This document shows positions 1 through 13,630 of a stretch of DNA of 64,000 nucleotides, piece after piece. Numbering within the stretch: the first letter of the stretch is position 1; each line of letters begins with the position of its first letter. Origin of the DNA: Eledone cirrhosa. Lineage: Eukaryota. The stretch spans positions 315,456,001 through 315,520,000 of the forward strand of contig OZ024740.1 in the NCBI GenBank assembly GCA_964016885.1, written 5' to 3'. Both the position numbers and the translations under genes were made by a program. Under the pieces are notes generated by a model. That model made no database searches and was not told the origin of the DNA. It saw nothing but the letters and a program-made list of their open reading frames with translations.

Positions 1-147
1 GCGTCTTGAAACCGAACCAGACTTGCTAGAGACACTCATCACCGGTGTCGGGGTCTTGAACTTTTTCCTATTACCCACTCTACTACCCTAAGTATTGAGT
101 ACTCTGGTGCGTTATGGTCCACCTGGTTCCTTACCACCATTCCTTCG

Positions 148-192
<45 letters not shown>

Positions 193-275
193 TATATATA
201 TATATATGTAGATATATACATATATATTCATATATATACATATATATATATATACATATATATACATATATACAC

Positions 276-306
<31 letters not shown>

Positions 307-345
307 CATATATATATATACATATACATATATATATATATACAT

Positions 346-539
346 ATAACAAAGGAATTGTGGTGAGGAACCAGATGGACCATAACGCACCAGAGTACTC
401 AATACTTAGGGTAGTAGAGTGGGAAATAGGAAAAAGTATGACCCCGGCAGCAGAGCTCAAGCCGTTTCGACGGCTATTTCTGGTCCAGAAATAGCCATCG
501 AAACGGCTTGAGCTCTGCCGTCGGGGTCATACTTTTTCC

Positions 540-545
<6 letters not shown>
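346..545. repeat. Fold-back element family A in (TA)n (copies 1-152, 1310-1507, 27597-27792, divergent about 42866-42950)
   Basis: Palindrome of about 110 bp plus a one-sided tail of about 85 bp ending at (TA)n. The copies are closely similar. Confidence 0.9.
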
Positions 546-622
<77 letters not shown>

Positions 623-753
623 GTGAGGTTTTTTTTACAAATTGAAAAATAACCGAGGTGTCCTACACGAGTGAAAGTATAAAGAAAAAGAGATGAAATA
701 GAAAATGCAACTGGAGTCTTATTTTTTTTTTAAATATATATATTTATTTGGTT

Positions 754-791
754 CCTTTACCGGTTTCGCAGTTCTTCTGCTTTTCAAAAGG
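754..791 (-). ncRNA. Minimal type I hammerhead ribozyme motif, U3-A8 variant
   Basis: Minus strand CCUU-UUGAAAA-GCAG(AAGAA)CUGC-GAAA-CCGG-UA^AAGG. Confidence 0.65.
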
Positions 792-1248
792 TGAGTTGAG
801 GTGGAGGGTCTGTGGTTTTTCTCACATCTATATACGTAAAGACGCGTTGCTTAGAGGTAAGGGTGTTGGTGCACGATCGTAAAGGGGTGAATGAATTCTA
901 TGCCCGGCAGTGGGTGGTGTCCTTGAGCAAGACACTTATGGCAAAAATGAGTTGTATCTGTAATTCAAAGAGTCGGCTTTGTCACGCTGGATCTCTCTGA
1001 GAACTACATTCTGGAATTCCCGACTACTTTCACGTCAATTTCACCAACAAGCTGTTTAGTTGATCGAATCAACTAGAATGCTCCTCGTCAGAATTGACGA
1101 AAAGCCAACATATATGCGTGAAGCAATAAGCAGAAATGACGATGTCACTGTCATTTTGTTTTACACACTGCTTACATGTATTGAGTGCTCATTCAGTTAA
1201 TGTTTGAATATTTTTGGAGAATGTTATTTTAAATACGTACTTCAGTAT

Positions 1249-1300
<52 letters not shown>

Positions 1301-1503
1301 ATGTGTATATATAGGAACGAGTAGGACCCCGACGGCTGAGCTCAAGCCGTTTCGACGGCTAATTCTAGTCCAGAATTAGCCGTCGAAACGGCTTGAGCTC
1401 AGCCGTCGGGGTCCTACTCGTTCCTATTACCCACTCTACTACCCTAAGTATTGAGTACTTTGGTGCGTTATGGTCCATCTGGTTCCTTACCACATCTCCT
1501 TCG

Positions 1504-1542
<39 letters not shown>

Positions 1543-1591
1543 CATACACACATACATACATACATTCATACATACATACAAAGATACATAC

Positions 1592-1622
<31 letters not shown>

Positions 1623-2210
1623 CATACATACATACATACATACATACATACATACATACATACATACATACATACATACAAATGTAACTGTCCGTGTATG
1701 CCTGGGTATATTTCTGTGTGAGTGAATGAAAGAAAAAAAGAAAAGGAATTTCAAATAAAATAAAATTCTCAGGTATTCGATGCAAAAATATCAGCATTAT
1801 TTATGATTAAGAAAGAAAGCTAAGCGAGATTTGCATCTAAAGGCCCTCAAAATAGGTGTGAATCTGTCATAGCGAATAGCATAAGAAGAGGTTGATGTTG
1901 ATATTTCGGTTCCATCGAATTTCTTGTTATTATTTTCATGGCTGTCGCTGTAATATTTGAAATTCAACACGTAATCTTTCTGCATTTGACAGTTTGTTTC
2001 AACATAAAGAAACTGACTGTGTATTTTTAGCAGTCATGCAACGATTTATTTTTCTTTCGTCATCCTCCATCTTCTCTTTTACTTCTTTTTTTTTCCTTTT
2101 TGTCTTCCTGGGAGCAATGATGTACAGTTTATAAATATATTTAGTTAATACATGACAAGATATGTTTCATGGCGTCGTAACATGGGAACTGTTCGCTATT
2201 ATTTTGTACT

Positions 2211-3300
2211 AGGGCGGTGGATTGGCAGTATCGGTAGAGGATCGGACGCCATGTTTTGCAGCAAAGAGTTACGGCCCTTTATGGTCTGAGTTCAAATCAC
2301 GCCGAGGTTAACTTTCATCCTTACGGGGTCGATAAAATAAAGTACCAGTAATACACTGGGATAATTGCTGGCCCTGTGCCAAAAGTAGAAACAATTATTT
2401 CGTACTATTTGGACAATGAATTGGCAGAGTCGTCAGAGCGTCGGAAAATATTTAGCGGTATTTGGTCTGAGTTCAAATCCCGTCGAGGTTAGCTTTCCCT
2501 TTCATTCTTACGGGATCAATAAAATAAAGTACCAGTAACGTACTGAGTTCGGTTTAATCGGCTTTCCCTCCCCCAAAATTGTTAGTCTTGTGAGTAAATC
2601 AGAAACCATTATTTCATCTTATTAATTAAAGGCAAAGTCAATCCCGCCGAGGTTGACTTTGCCTTTCATCCTTACGGGGTCGATAAAATAAAGTACCAGT
2701 AATGCACTGGGTAATTGCTGGCCTTGTGCCTAAAGTAGAAACAATTATTTCATCTTATTAAATAATTTTTCTACTTTTGGCACAAGGCCAGCAATTATCC
2801 CAGTGTATTACTGGTACTTTATTTTATCGACCCCGTAAGGATGAAAGGCAAAGTTAAGCTCGGCGGGATTTGAACTCAGACCATAAAGGGCCGTAACTCT
2901 ATGCTGCAAGGCATGGTGTCTGACCCTCTATCGGTACTGCCAATCCACCAATAGATTGGTAGAGTCGTTTGACCGTCGGACAAATACTTAGCAGTATTTG
3001 TTCTGGGTTAAAATCCCGCAGAGATCAACTTTTCCTTAAATCCTAAATTGTGGCTTTGTGTCAAAATTAGAAAAGAAAGGGCGGTGGATTAGCAGTATCG
3101 GTTGAATGTCTTACAAAATACTTAGCGATATTTAGGTACGACTTTCTACGTTCTGAGTCCAAATCCTGCCGAGGTTAGCTTTGCCTTTCATCCTTATGGG
3201 GTTGATAAAATAAAGCACCAGTAATACACTAGGGTCGATTTAATTGACTTTCCCCTCCCCTAAAAATTGTTGGCTTTGTGCCTAAACCAAAAGCGGTTAT
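2211..3300. mobile_element. Cluster of at least five SINE family 1 copies in both orientations
   Basis: Repeated A/B box and central domain. 2642-2755 (+) faces 2763-2950 (-). Confidence 0.88.
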
Positions 3301-4605
3301 TTCTTACGCGCTTTTATCTTTCAAATAACAAAAACAAAAGATGAGGTTATAATTCTGATAAGATTATTTTCTTTGTTTTGTGTTTATTTGTTTGTTTTAT
3401 CCCCTGTTTCTCGCATTAAACTAGATGCAGGTAGCATGTGAATTACACAAAAACTGAAAGGTAGTCACGCATACAACCTCTCAACGTCTACTAGAAAAAC
3501 ACAATTTGTAAACGTGAACTAGATAAGTACAGCCTATAACGTCATACAAACAAATTGTTTTTGGATGCTTGTTTCGTATGCAGAGAATACAGTTCACTAG
3601 ATGAATACTGTACATTTAATGTAGGTGTTGGGTAGTTGCACTAACTACAGATATTAGTTAGGCGGTCGATTTTGGTAGAGACCATATGGCGTTGGATATT
3701 TGTTCCAGGCCTTCAAATCCTGCTGAGGTCCACTTTGCTTTTCATCTTTTCAGGGTCAAGAAAGAAAGTAACAGCTCAGTACTGATGCAATCCTCTCTTC
3801 TTCCAACTGATACATTCTGGATGTTCTGCTGATTCAAAAAAGGGAGAGGCGAGAAGGTGTCTGCTCAACACTGCATGGGCATGTTAAACTATTTTCGAAA
3901 GCATGGTACATACAAACAACTTATATTCGTGTGTTAGCTGAGGCTATTTTCTTTTTTAATAGATACTAGTTACTGATTGTCTATAGATATTATTACCACA
4001 CTAGTTATATATATGTGTGTCTCTCTAAACAAGTGTATACTTGCCGATAAGGAAATGCCTACTATATAGACTCCGCTAAACATATTTAGTATACATATAT
4101 TTATTAAACAGATAAAGTGTATAAGTTTCTTGTTTTATGTTGAACCCACAAGTGTTGTGAATCAAACCAGAAGTTTCTACCATAACCATCCATGTGATGC
4201 CTTGCCAAGGGATGTTTCCTAATTTTGCGGAATCCTTCTACCCAAAACTCTTCAACAACAGCGACACTATTAATAACACTAAAGACAAAAGTAAATGGCT
4301 CTTAACTCATGTGGAGTCGTAGAATCGCCGTTCTAACATGGCGTGTGTTGAACATTTTAAACTTGACATAGTCTATCCCCCTCTCGGTCGAGAAACAGCA
4401 AAATTTTTTACCGAGAAAGGAAAAGAGAGACTGGTAAAGTGGAAGATTCGACACCAGTACTGGACTAGTAGTTTATTTATTGATAGCGAAAGGATGAGTT
4501 GACCTTGGTGTGATTTGAACTTGAAGTACGAAGAAATACTGTGGCATTTTTAATTTAACACTTTAACGACTCTGCAGATTTGCCATCTATCTATCTATCT
4601 ATCTA

Positions 4606-4648
<43 letters not shown>

Positions 4649-5429
4649 AAGTATGTCCATAGAATCATTTGATAATATATATACACCATCGCCTCTCCCA
4701 ATCAGCATAATCAACCACACAAAAAAACCAATTAAACCAGGCTATAAGATTAAAAGGCACCTATGAAGAAATAATAGATGAATAAACGACAGCCATCTAT
4801 TCGCGATCAACAGCTATAGAATATTTACCCACCATTTCAATAGCATGTGGAAATCGATTAAATATATCGTCAACCATACACAATTAGGTATAAAATTAAA
4901 GTTAGAAGAAAAAATGTATATAAACATACCAGGATTACGTTTCTACCCCTTGGAGTTTCATTCGCTTTTGGAAATATCCGATCAAGGATAAATTCACGAG
5001 CTTCGAAATCATCAGGAAACAAACTCACTTGGACGAAGATTTTTCATAAATGATCCCCGCCAGAAACGAATTCAAAATGGCTACGAACTCTGACGTGGCA
5101 GTGGTCAAGTCAGAAAGAATATGATTGGTGCCTTACGACGAGTGGGCTGGTTGCTAGAAAGCGCAGCCTAATATTGCCTAAATTGCATCTCAACCTTATG
5201 GGAGATTATCAAATATAAAGATTTACATACACATAAACTAGACAAAGTCATAGATATATATATATATATATGTTTTTGGCAACCATTCACGATGTGGCTC
5301 AATGACGAATTAATTAATTAAATAATCAGAGCAATATATAATAAAGTATGTCCATAGAATCATATATATATATATATAACTGTTGTTGCGTGTGTGTGTG
5401 TGTGTGTGTGTGCGTGTGTGTGTGTGTGT

Positions 5430-5480
<51 letters not shown>

Positions 5481-5492
5481 TGTGTGTGTGTG

Positions 5493-5585
<93 letters not shown>

Positions 5586-7790
5586 TCATTTTTGCAAAGT
5601 CTATACAAATCCACATTTCTACTCCGATTGACTTCAAACTTGCATTTATATATTCCTTGCGGACTAACTGCAGCTTTTATTTTTCCAAAGCTGGGTAATA
5701 TCTTTTGGTCCAGTCATGGGCAAACTGCGGCCCATTTGGCTTTCTGAATGGCACGCCTAATTTCAAAATTACGTTGAATGTTTTAGTAGTACGGTCCGCC
5801 ATATGATGCGTCACATCCTATGCGACCCACTGCTTGAAAAGGGTTGCCCATGCCTGTCTTAGTCTATTCCTTTCGACCTTCCTACTGACAACTCTAAAAC
5901 ATATTTATACAGTGGTGTTGGTGGTGGTGATGATGATGTTATTGTGATCGTGAACATCGTTGAGGTGGTTCTTGTTTAATCTATGATTTGTTTATGTGTT
6001 TTTGTTGTTGTTTTTTCGCATAAAACAAAATAAACAAAAATAAATTCTTATCAGGAATCATTCCAAAATACCCGATTGATCCTGAGCCTGTTATATTTTC
6101 TGTCTTTTACACGGCTTGCTTGAGGTTTTACTAACAGAAGTGTAACATCTTTATAATTAGGGGTGAAAAAACAAACACAATTTTTAAAGAATCGAATGAT
6201 AATACTGCATTGCTGCTTGTAGACGGTAAACTAAATAAAACAGAAATATTATTTTAGCATCCCATATCTGTAGACAGTAATTTCGAAGTAGTTAATTATA
6301 GATATCGGTTTAAACATCACTGAAATCTGACAGAGATAAGATTTGAGATAAATTCGCTTATTTTAGTTCTGGAACACACATAAGGTTATCCTGACAACTG
6401 GGTCATATAATAATAATTATTATTATTCCTAATGTTGGCACAAAGCCATAAATTTTGGCGAGAAAGTATAGACGATTAAATCGACACCGGAAGGATGAAA
6501 GGCAAAATAGGCCTCGACGGGGTTTGAACACGGGGTATAAAAATAAGCAACTAACTACAATGTTAGATATCATCGTTACCAACTGATACTCAAACAAGAA
6601 TAGCCAAATCCAAGGGCCTCATTGTGGATCCAGGTTTGAAATCCTATTAAAAGGTCCTCCCAAATGCAAAAGTTCAACGTGAACCTAAATAAATTATATT
6701 TAAGATTCTATTTAATGAACTGTGTCACTTAAAGGGTATGGAATCGTGCTTCGTTTCGTTTTGGATGCGTGATTCCTGGTAAAGTCATAGGGACGATGTA
6801 CTGTCATACGGCGTTTCTTGGACATCTTTAAACCTGGCGGAGACCATCTCTTCTCCAGATCTGAATACAGACAAATTCTTCCGAAGTAAGGTAAGAGGGT
6901 GATAGAGAGGAAGTGGGAAATCGACCCTAATACTGAACTGGTACTTTATTTTATCGCCCACGGAAGGATGAAAGGCAAAGTTGACCTCGGCGGGATTTGA
7001 ACTTAGAAAGCGCAGAGAACCAGAACGAATACTACAGAACATTCTATCCGATGTTCTAACAACTCTCCAATTTGTTGCCTATGGAATCATGATTAGCTAT
7101 ATATTAATGAGCTGTGCTGGCTTCCCATTTGAAGTTATTTCCACTCGTTTATGCTCTAAATACTCCTGGGAGAAACACGAACCCATCCATAAATTTAGAA
7201 ATTTCCTCATTACCTCATATAATGAATACGTGTGTATATTTTGTTTTATATACATACATGAAAAATACAAATATTGCCGAGCTAGTGGTAAACTAAATGT
7301 CTATTTTCACTTTACGTATGTCATCGTTAATGTCCTTGGAAAAAACATAATATTCACTGCTTCCATTATCCTCTGTCTCTAAAATATAACATCTATGCAT
7401 GCATTCATGGTACCGTAAACTCCTGAAGGAGTCATAAGAGCACCATTTTGACATATTCTGGTTTGAAGCAATTTCGATTTTTTAACGAAACAAATGTTAT
7501 TGCAGATGCCAAGCATAGGAGCTTCTGATAGTTCCCCTTACAGGATTTAACTGGGTCATTTCGAATGTTTCATGTACACCACACAACCATGGATTAATAA
7601 TTACATAAAATAAGCACGTGCTTAGGGCCTCAAGTAATATGCCGAATTGGAAAAAAAACTCAATGGAGGATGCTGAAGGGCTGGCACAGGACCACTAGCG
7701 ATGGAAGGCACTGGTAGATCTGGTCGGCTCTTCACCCGATCGTGACTCTGGGACCGCAGGCAAGGATCACCTACCACATCGAGTGAGAGC

Positions 7791-7834
<44 letters not shown>

Positions 7835-10800
7835 TATTTCTTTTATTTGCCACTAGGGCATCAAAAGTGGGACAAGTACAATGGGGGGAGTTTACACAAA
7901 AAGGCGTCCTCAATAAGGAGGAGGCAATAACAAAATATAAAAATAAAATAAGATATAACAAAAAATAAAATTTTTAACAAAATCCTCAATAGAGAGGAGG
8001 CGCCTTGGGGGGTCGCACACACCCCCGAAAAAAGTGTGCAACCCTTCTCCTCAGGAGCACAGAGAGGGGGTGCTCCCTTGGTCTTTCATCTTCCTCACCT
8101 ATAGTCTGATGTAGAGTGAAGGCCCATTCACACGGGCCATTCTCGCCACTTTCACCCATCTTTCATAGAAACGGCTGGGGTGCAGCACCTCTCTCTCCAT
8201 CCTGATCCTTCTTCCGAAATGATATCGGAAGAAACGGACCAGTTGTTGGCCAGAGAGAAAGGTGCCCGACCTCAGTCCTTTCAGACGCGTCCACCATACA
8301 ACCTCTTTCGCCATGGCTATTACGCACAGAAACACCGCCTCTGCTTCATCTTTGAAGGGGGGAGGCGGCTTGATCATTACAATAGACTCGGTGGTCAGCC
8401 GGATCGGTCCCACCCTTGACAGCAGTTGTTCGACATAGCCCCACAGATCGGCTACGCCCGAGCAGTGTACTAATGCGTGTGCAACGGTTTCCTCGTCGCA
8501 CACGCATCTGGGACAGATCTTTTTGGCGGGGTCCCTACCCGGGCGCCCGTGTCTGTAGAGCCTTTCTCGAACGGGTAAAGCCCCTCGGTAGCACTGCCAG
8601 GCCAGGGACTTCTGGAAGTTGTCCATAGGTCCCGGGCTGAATGTCCTACCGAACAGGCTAGCCAGTTCGTCCTCCTCCATGTCTAGGGCTTCTCCGAGGG
8701 CGTCGTCGCACCTGTTGCGTACCAGCCCTCTATAGAATGTTGCGGTGGAGTCTCCACTGACAACCGGATCCGCCTGCCAGAGGGCGGTGAGCGCCTGGGC
8801 ACACTCAGTGTGCCAGGCGCCCAGTTTTCTCGGTCTTTGCTTGACCCAGGATTGCAGCTCGGTGAGTGAGACGAGTCTGGGAAAGGTTCGTCTCACAAAC
8901 GAGGCCCACACCGGTTGTCCGGTGAGGAATACGTAGAGGTGCCGTAGCCTTAATGCGTGTTTACGCATCATTAGCCACGGCATCCCCAGCCCTCCTTTCG
9001 AAGGGTGTTGACAGCAGATGGATCTCCTCACCATAGGAGCCCGCCTCTTCCAAAGGAATTGGAAGAGCGCGCGCTCCATCTTGGTGAGGGTTTCCCTTGG
9101 GCAGGGCACTACGGTCAGGCGGTAGTAGATGACGGACGCTATGTAGGTGTTCGCCACCTCCGCCCGACCTTTCAGGGATAGTTTGCAACTGGCCCACTTC
9201 TGGGTCAGTGCAAACACCCTGTTCGTAACCTCCGCCCAGTTTTTCTCCACCTGGAGGTCCGGTCCGAACCAGACCCCGAGCAACTTCACCGGGCCCTCCG
9301 TCCAGCGTCCGACGACGCTATCGGAGGGCATCGGTCTGCCCCTCCACGTGCCGAGTTGCAAACCGATCGACTTGTCCCGGTTCAGCTTAGCCCCTGTGAA
9401 CTTTTCGTACTCCTCCAGTAAGGTGCCGACCGCCTCGATTTCGGAGGCCGTCGACACCATTACTGTCACGTCATCGGCGTAGGCCGACACCGCTTTCCGC
9501 AATCCCGGTTCCAAAGGGATGCCCTGCAACAACTCCAACTTCCGCAGTAGTGGCTCGAGAGTCAACACATACAGAAGGGAGGAGAGAGGGCACCCTTGTC
9601 GGATGGACCGCGCGATTTTGAACGGCTCCGAGAGGTAGCCGTTCACCTTGACCCTAGAGCAGATGCGGCTGCTGTGCATAGCAGTGATCCAGCCCCTGAA
9701 AACGGGTCCGAAGCCTGCCGCCGCTAGCACCGCATCCAGGTAACCATGGTCGACCCTATCGAACGCCTTAGATTGATCCAAGTTGATCAGAGCCCCACCA
9801 AAGCCGGGTTCGTTCCCAACCCTCTCTATGATGTATCGCATGAGGTGGAGGTTGTCATGGATGGACCTGGACGGGATAGCGCATGTCTGCGCATCTCCCA
9901 CCAGGTTGCCCACGACAAGCGCCAACCTCTTTGCTAGCACCTTGGCCAAAATCTGTAACTCTGTATTTAGCAGTGTTATGGGCCTGAAGTTACTTATTTC
10001 GTCCCCCTTGTTCTCGTCCTTCCTCACTAGCGTGACTATGCCCTTGGTCACAGTACAGGGAATTCTCCCGTTCTGTTGCCAGTTGCAGTAGACCGCCTCG
10101 AGGAGATCGGGGAACAAGTCCGGCATAGCTAGATATAATTCGTAAGGAAGACCATCGAGACCTGGGGATTTGCGTTTGCCGCATTGGCTCAGCACGTCCT
10201 CTATCTCAGCGGCCGAAATCGGCTCCTCGCAGGACTTCGCCTCCCTGTCCGAGAGGCGCGGCAGGCCGTCGAGGTATGGACCGAAGTCCACGTTCCCAAC
10301 CGGCTCCCCGCCCCTCCCGAACAGTCGGGCAAAGTGCCTTTGAAAGGCCTCACACATCTGCTTAGGCTCAAGAATCGCCCGTCCATCCAGGTCTCGCAAA
10401 GACCGGATGGTGGATTTAGTTCCACTGTTGGCCTCTGTCACGCGGGCCCAGCTAACAGCTTTGGTCCCCTCGTTCCCTAGAGCACGTATTTTACTTCGGA
10501 CAACGCAGCCTTCGTGCTTCGCGTCGAAAAACTGGCTCAAAGCCGTTCTCGACGCTAGCACTCTGGCCACGTCGCCGCTTCTAATTGCCTCTTCTACTCT
10601 ATCTATTAGCTCCCTTTCCTTCCTATTCCTATCCGCAGCTAGAACCTTACTAAATTCTATCGAGACTACTCTAATCTCTCTCTTTAGAGATACCCACCAC
10701 CTGCTGTTGACGATCGCTCCAGTCAACCGTTCCTTAACTAACGTACTAATCCGATTCCTGTAGGCTCTACTTGCCGGCAAGGACAAGTTGAGCTTCCAGT

Positions 10801-11087
10801 AACCGGGGCCCTGTCTATGAGTTCTGTCAAGGTTGACCATGCAGGTCACTAATTTGTGGTCTGAATAGCCAACCATGCGCATTTTTGGACAACTTAAAAA
10901 GTCCTTATCCTTAATTCTAACTAAGAACCTATCTAGGTACGACCTAGATGATCCGCTACGATTTGCCCAAGTCCAGGTTGGCGCAGTCGGAAAATCTAGT
11001 CGATATCTATCGGCCAGGTCAAATCGACCGATTAACCCTTTGAGGCTATTACACCCCTCTCTATCGGGGCAGGCCCCTACGTAGTCC
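7835..11087 (-). mobile_element. Tx1-clade (L1 group) non-LTR retrotransposon, 5'-truncated, ORF2 uninterrupted
   Basis: ORF 8099-11087 has the APE C-terminal half (SYLDRF, SDH), RT (DQSKAFDRV, QGCPLS, YADD) and CPRC...H...C knuckle. 3' UTR with AATAAA. Flanked on both sides by (GATA)n. Confidence 0.93.
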
Positions 11088-11125
<38 letters not shown>

Positions 11126-12626
11126 AAGTAAGTATACTAGCACCAAGATAATCGACATTCCAAACCGCTGTACAACTCATAAAATATCAAATATTGAAAA
11201 GGACACTAAAACCACATCATCAATATAATCGCTGTGACAAGTTATGTCACTCAAAAAGAACCCATGTAGTGTAAGGAAATTAATTGTCCGCATGAGGTCT
11301 GTCGAGATAATAGCTTATCATACATTGATGGAACGAATACGTTTCTCACAATACATTTCCAAAGTAGTACGACAGTCATATAAACGCTTGTTTTAAGCAT
11401 ACAAAAGAAATTTTATATAGGAAGACATTAGAAAGCCCCAAAAATATGTTCTGCATAATATTACAAGTATTCAACGTAAAAAATAAATAGTATAAAATAT
11501 TTAGATATAAGGAATGAATTATATGCCCAATACACACATTGAAAAGGTGACAGCCCCCGCATAATTTTTTTATATCTAATATTCAGCAAAAATAAAAACT
11601 GAGATCAAACAACTCTATACAGAAGCAACGACCGAAAAATGTGTATGTAGAAATCAGATATTACTTTGAACAAGTCTTCATTTAAATTGGGTGTAACACA
11701 TTCATAAGATGAATACAATTTTGGTAGATTTAAAAACTAAACTACATACGTTTGCATAACTTGACAAAGTTATAGAAATGTGTTGTTCTTAAAATGAGAT
11801 TATGGGTGGATAGTCCTTTATCTTCTGAAGGAGTCGTAGGGGCTCCGTATTGACATACGGCTTTTCTAGGCTATTTTTATACCTGGTAGAGCCCATCTCA
11901 TCTCCAGGTCTGAATATAGCAGATTTCTTTCAGAAAAGAATAGAGAGAGTGAGAGAATGGAAGTGAGGAAGGAATATAGAGGAAGAACCGGTCGCTTTAT
12001 TGGCCTGGTACTTTTTTTATCGACTTCGAATAGATGAAAGTCAAGGTTGACCTCAGCGGGATTTGAACTCAGAGAGCAGAGAGCCTGAACAAGTACCACA
12101 AAGCATTCTGTCCTACGTTCTAACGACTCTGCCAATTCGCCGCCTATAAGATAAGATTGTATCATGAACAAATAAGCTATCCACCTGGTGATGGTTGTTA
12201 GTGGTTGATAGGTAAATACAGAATGTGGTGTTTCGCACAGAAACCTCACATGTACTATATTATGTAAAGAGCCAGAAGAAATACCCAAATGGCATATTAA
12301 GTAGTCCGGCGTATTGTAAGTAGTTCGTTAGTTTGCTGTTCAATACCTCCTGTTCATTCGGGAGAAGGTAATAGTACTCAACCTTTAACCAAAGTATTTT
12401 CATAATTTCACTTCGCCAAGTCATTGGATTTCATTATCGGTGGATTGGCAGTATCGGTAGAGGGTCGGACGCCATGCTTTGACGCATAGAGTTACGGCCC
12501 TTTATGGTCTGAGTTCAAATCCCGCCGAGGTTAACTTTGCCTTTCATCCTTACGGGGTCGATAAAATAAAGTACCAGTAATACACTGGGTAATTGCTGGC
12601 CTTGTGCCAAAAGTAGAAACAATTAT

Positions 12627-13195
12627 GCAGGTAGAGAAGTTCAAGTATCTCGGAGCTGTGTTCACGAGTGATAGAAGGCTGGAGGCTGAATTAATTGCGA
12701 GAATTGTAAAAGCTGGTGCAGTAATACGCCAGCTTCAGCATTCAGTAATCAGAAGAAGTAGGTAGGCGTAAAAACCAAACTCGCTGTCTTCAATTCGGTT
12801 TTCGTGCCAGCCCGTATCTATAGTCATGAATCTTGGGTAATGACCGAAAGAATACGATCGCGAATACAAGCGGCCGAAATGGGATTCCTCCGAAGGGTCT
12901 TTGGAGTAACATTACTCGATAGACTGCGTAGCTCGAAGATCAAATAATCACTCCAGGTAGAGCCGCTACTTCTTCGAATTGAGAGATCGCAGCTCCGATA
13001 CTATAGGAATGTGGTTACCCAGAAGTAGACCCCAAGCAAGATGGTTGAATAATATCCATGAGCTTGGCTGGACACGCTTGGGGATCCACTCCGATCAGTT
13101 GGAGACGGTTGCTTCTGACAACACCCGATGGAATGGAGTGTTTGAGGACTCTTTCCCCACGACCCTCTCAGGAATAAGTGGGCGAAGAAGAAGTT
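12627..13195 (+). mobile_element. RTE-clade LINE 3' fragment (second copy about 57866-58272)
   Basis: QVEKFKYLG, ARIVKA, IQAAEMGFLRRV motifs. The two copies align by eye. Confidence 0.8.
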
Positions 13196-13424
13196 CATGC
13201 ATAGCGTTATGGCCCTTTACGTTCTGAGTTCAAATCCCGCAGAGGTTAGCTTTGCCTTTCCTCCTTACGAGATCGATAAAATAAAGCACCAGTAATGTAC
13301 TGGCCTTGTGTATATAGTAGATATCATTATGTAGTGCATGTCGGGTGGTAGATTGGCAGAATTGGTAGAGCGACGGAAATATAAACGTTATAATAATTTC
13401 ATTATTATTATTAATATTAATAAT

Positions 13425-13630
13425 AGGGCGGTGGATTGGCAGTATCGGTAGAGGGTTGGACGCCATGCTTTGCAGCAAAGAATTACGGCCCTTTATGGTC
13501 TGAGTTCAAATCCCGCCGAGGTTAACTTTGCCTTTCATCCTTACGGGGTCGATAAAATAAAGTACCAGTAATGCACTGGGATAATTGCTGGCCTTGTGCC
13601 AAAAGTAGAAACAATTATTATTATTATTAA
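13425..13630 (+). mobile_element. tRNA-derived SINE family 1, representative full copy of about 195 bp
   Basis: A box TGGCAGTATCGG, B box GTTCAAATCC, central gcctttcatcctt..ggggtcgataaaataaagtaccag (Nin/Deu-domain-like), (ATT)n tail. More than 20 copies in the window, e.g. 12439-12626+, 21063-21270-, 38690-38912-, 46303-46495+, 60583-60735-, 61072-61252-. Confidence 0.9.

Noticed and set aside
39-1797. ORFs rich in YIYI, HTHT, CVCV and the recurring peptide [20 protein letters not shown]
   Set aside because: These are translations of microsatellites and of the non-coding family A tail. Similar ORFs across the window were rejected for the same reason.
8180-11084. Plus-strand ORFs overlapping the Tx1 elements
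   Set aside because: These are antisense shadows of GC-rich ORF2 sequence with no independent domain evidence.
11088-11158. Hydrophobic N-terminus (MSIILVLVYLLLSIYLS) of the 1019-aa ORF as a signal peptide of a domesticated gene
   Set aside because: It is read-through of the (TATC)n flank into a 5'-truncated LINE, and the first codon is not ATG.
13425-13520. tRNA genes
   Set aside because: The A and B boxes belong to SINE heads followed by SINE body and tail. No complete cloverleaf was found.
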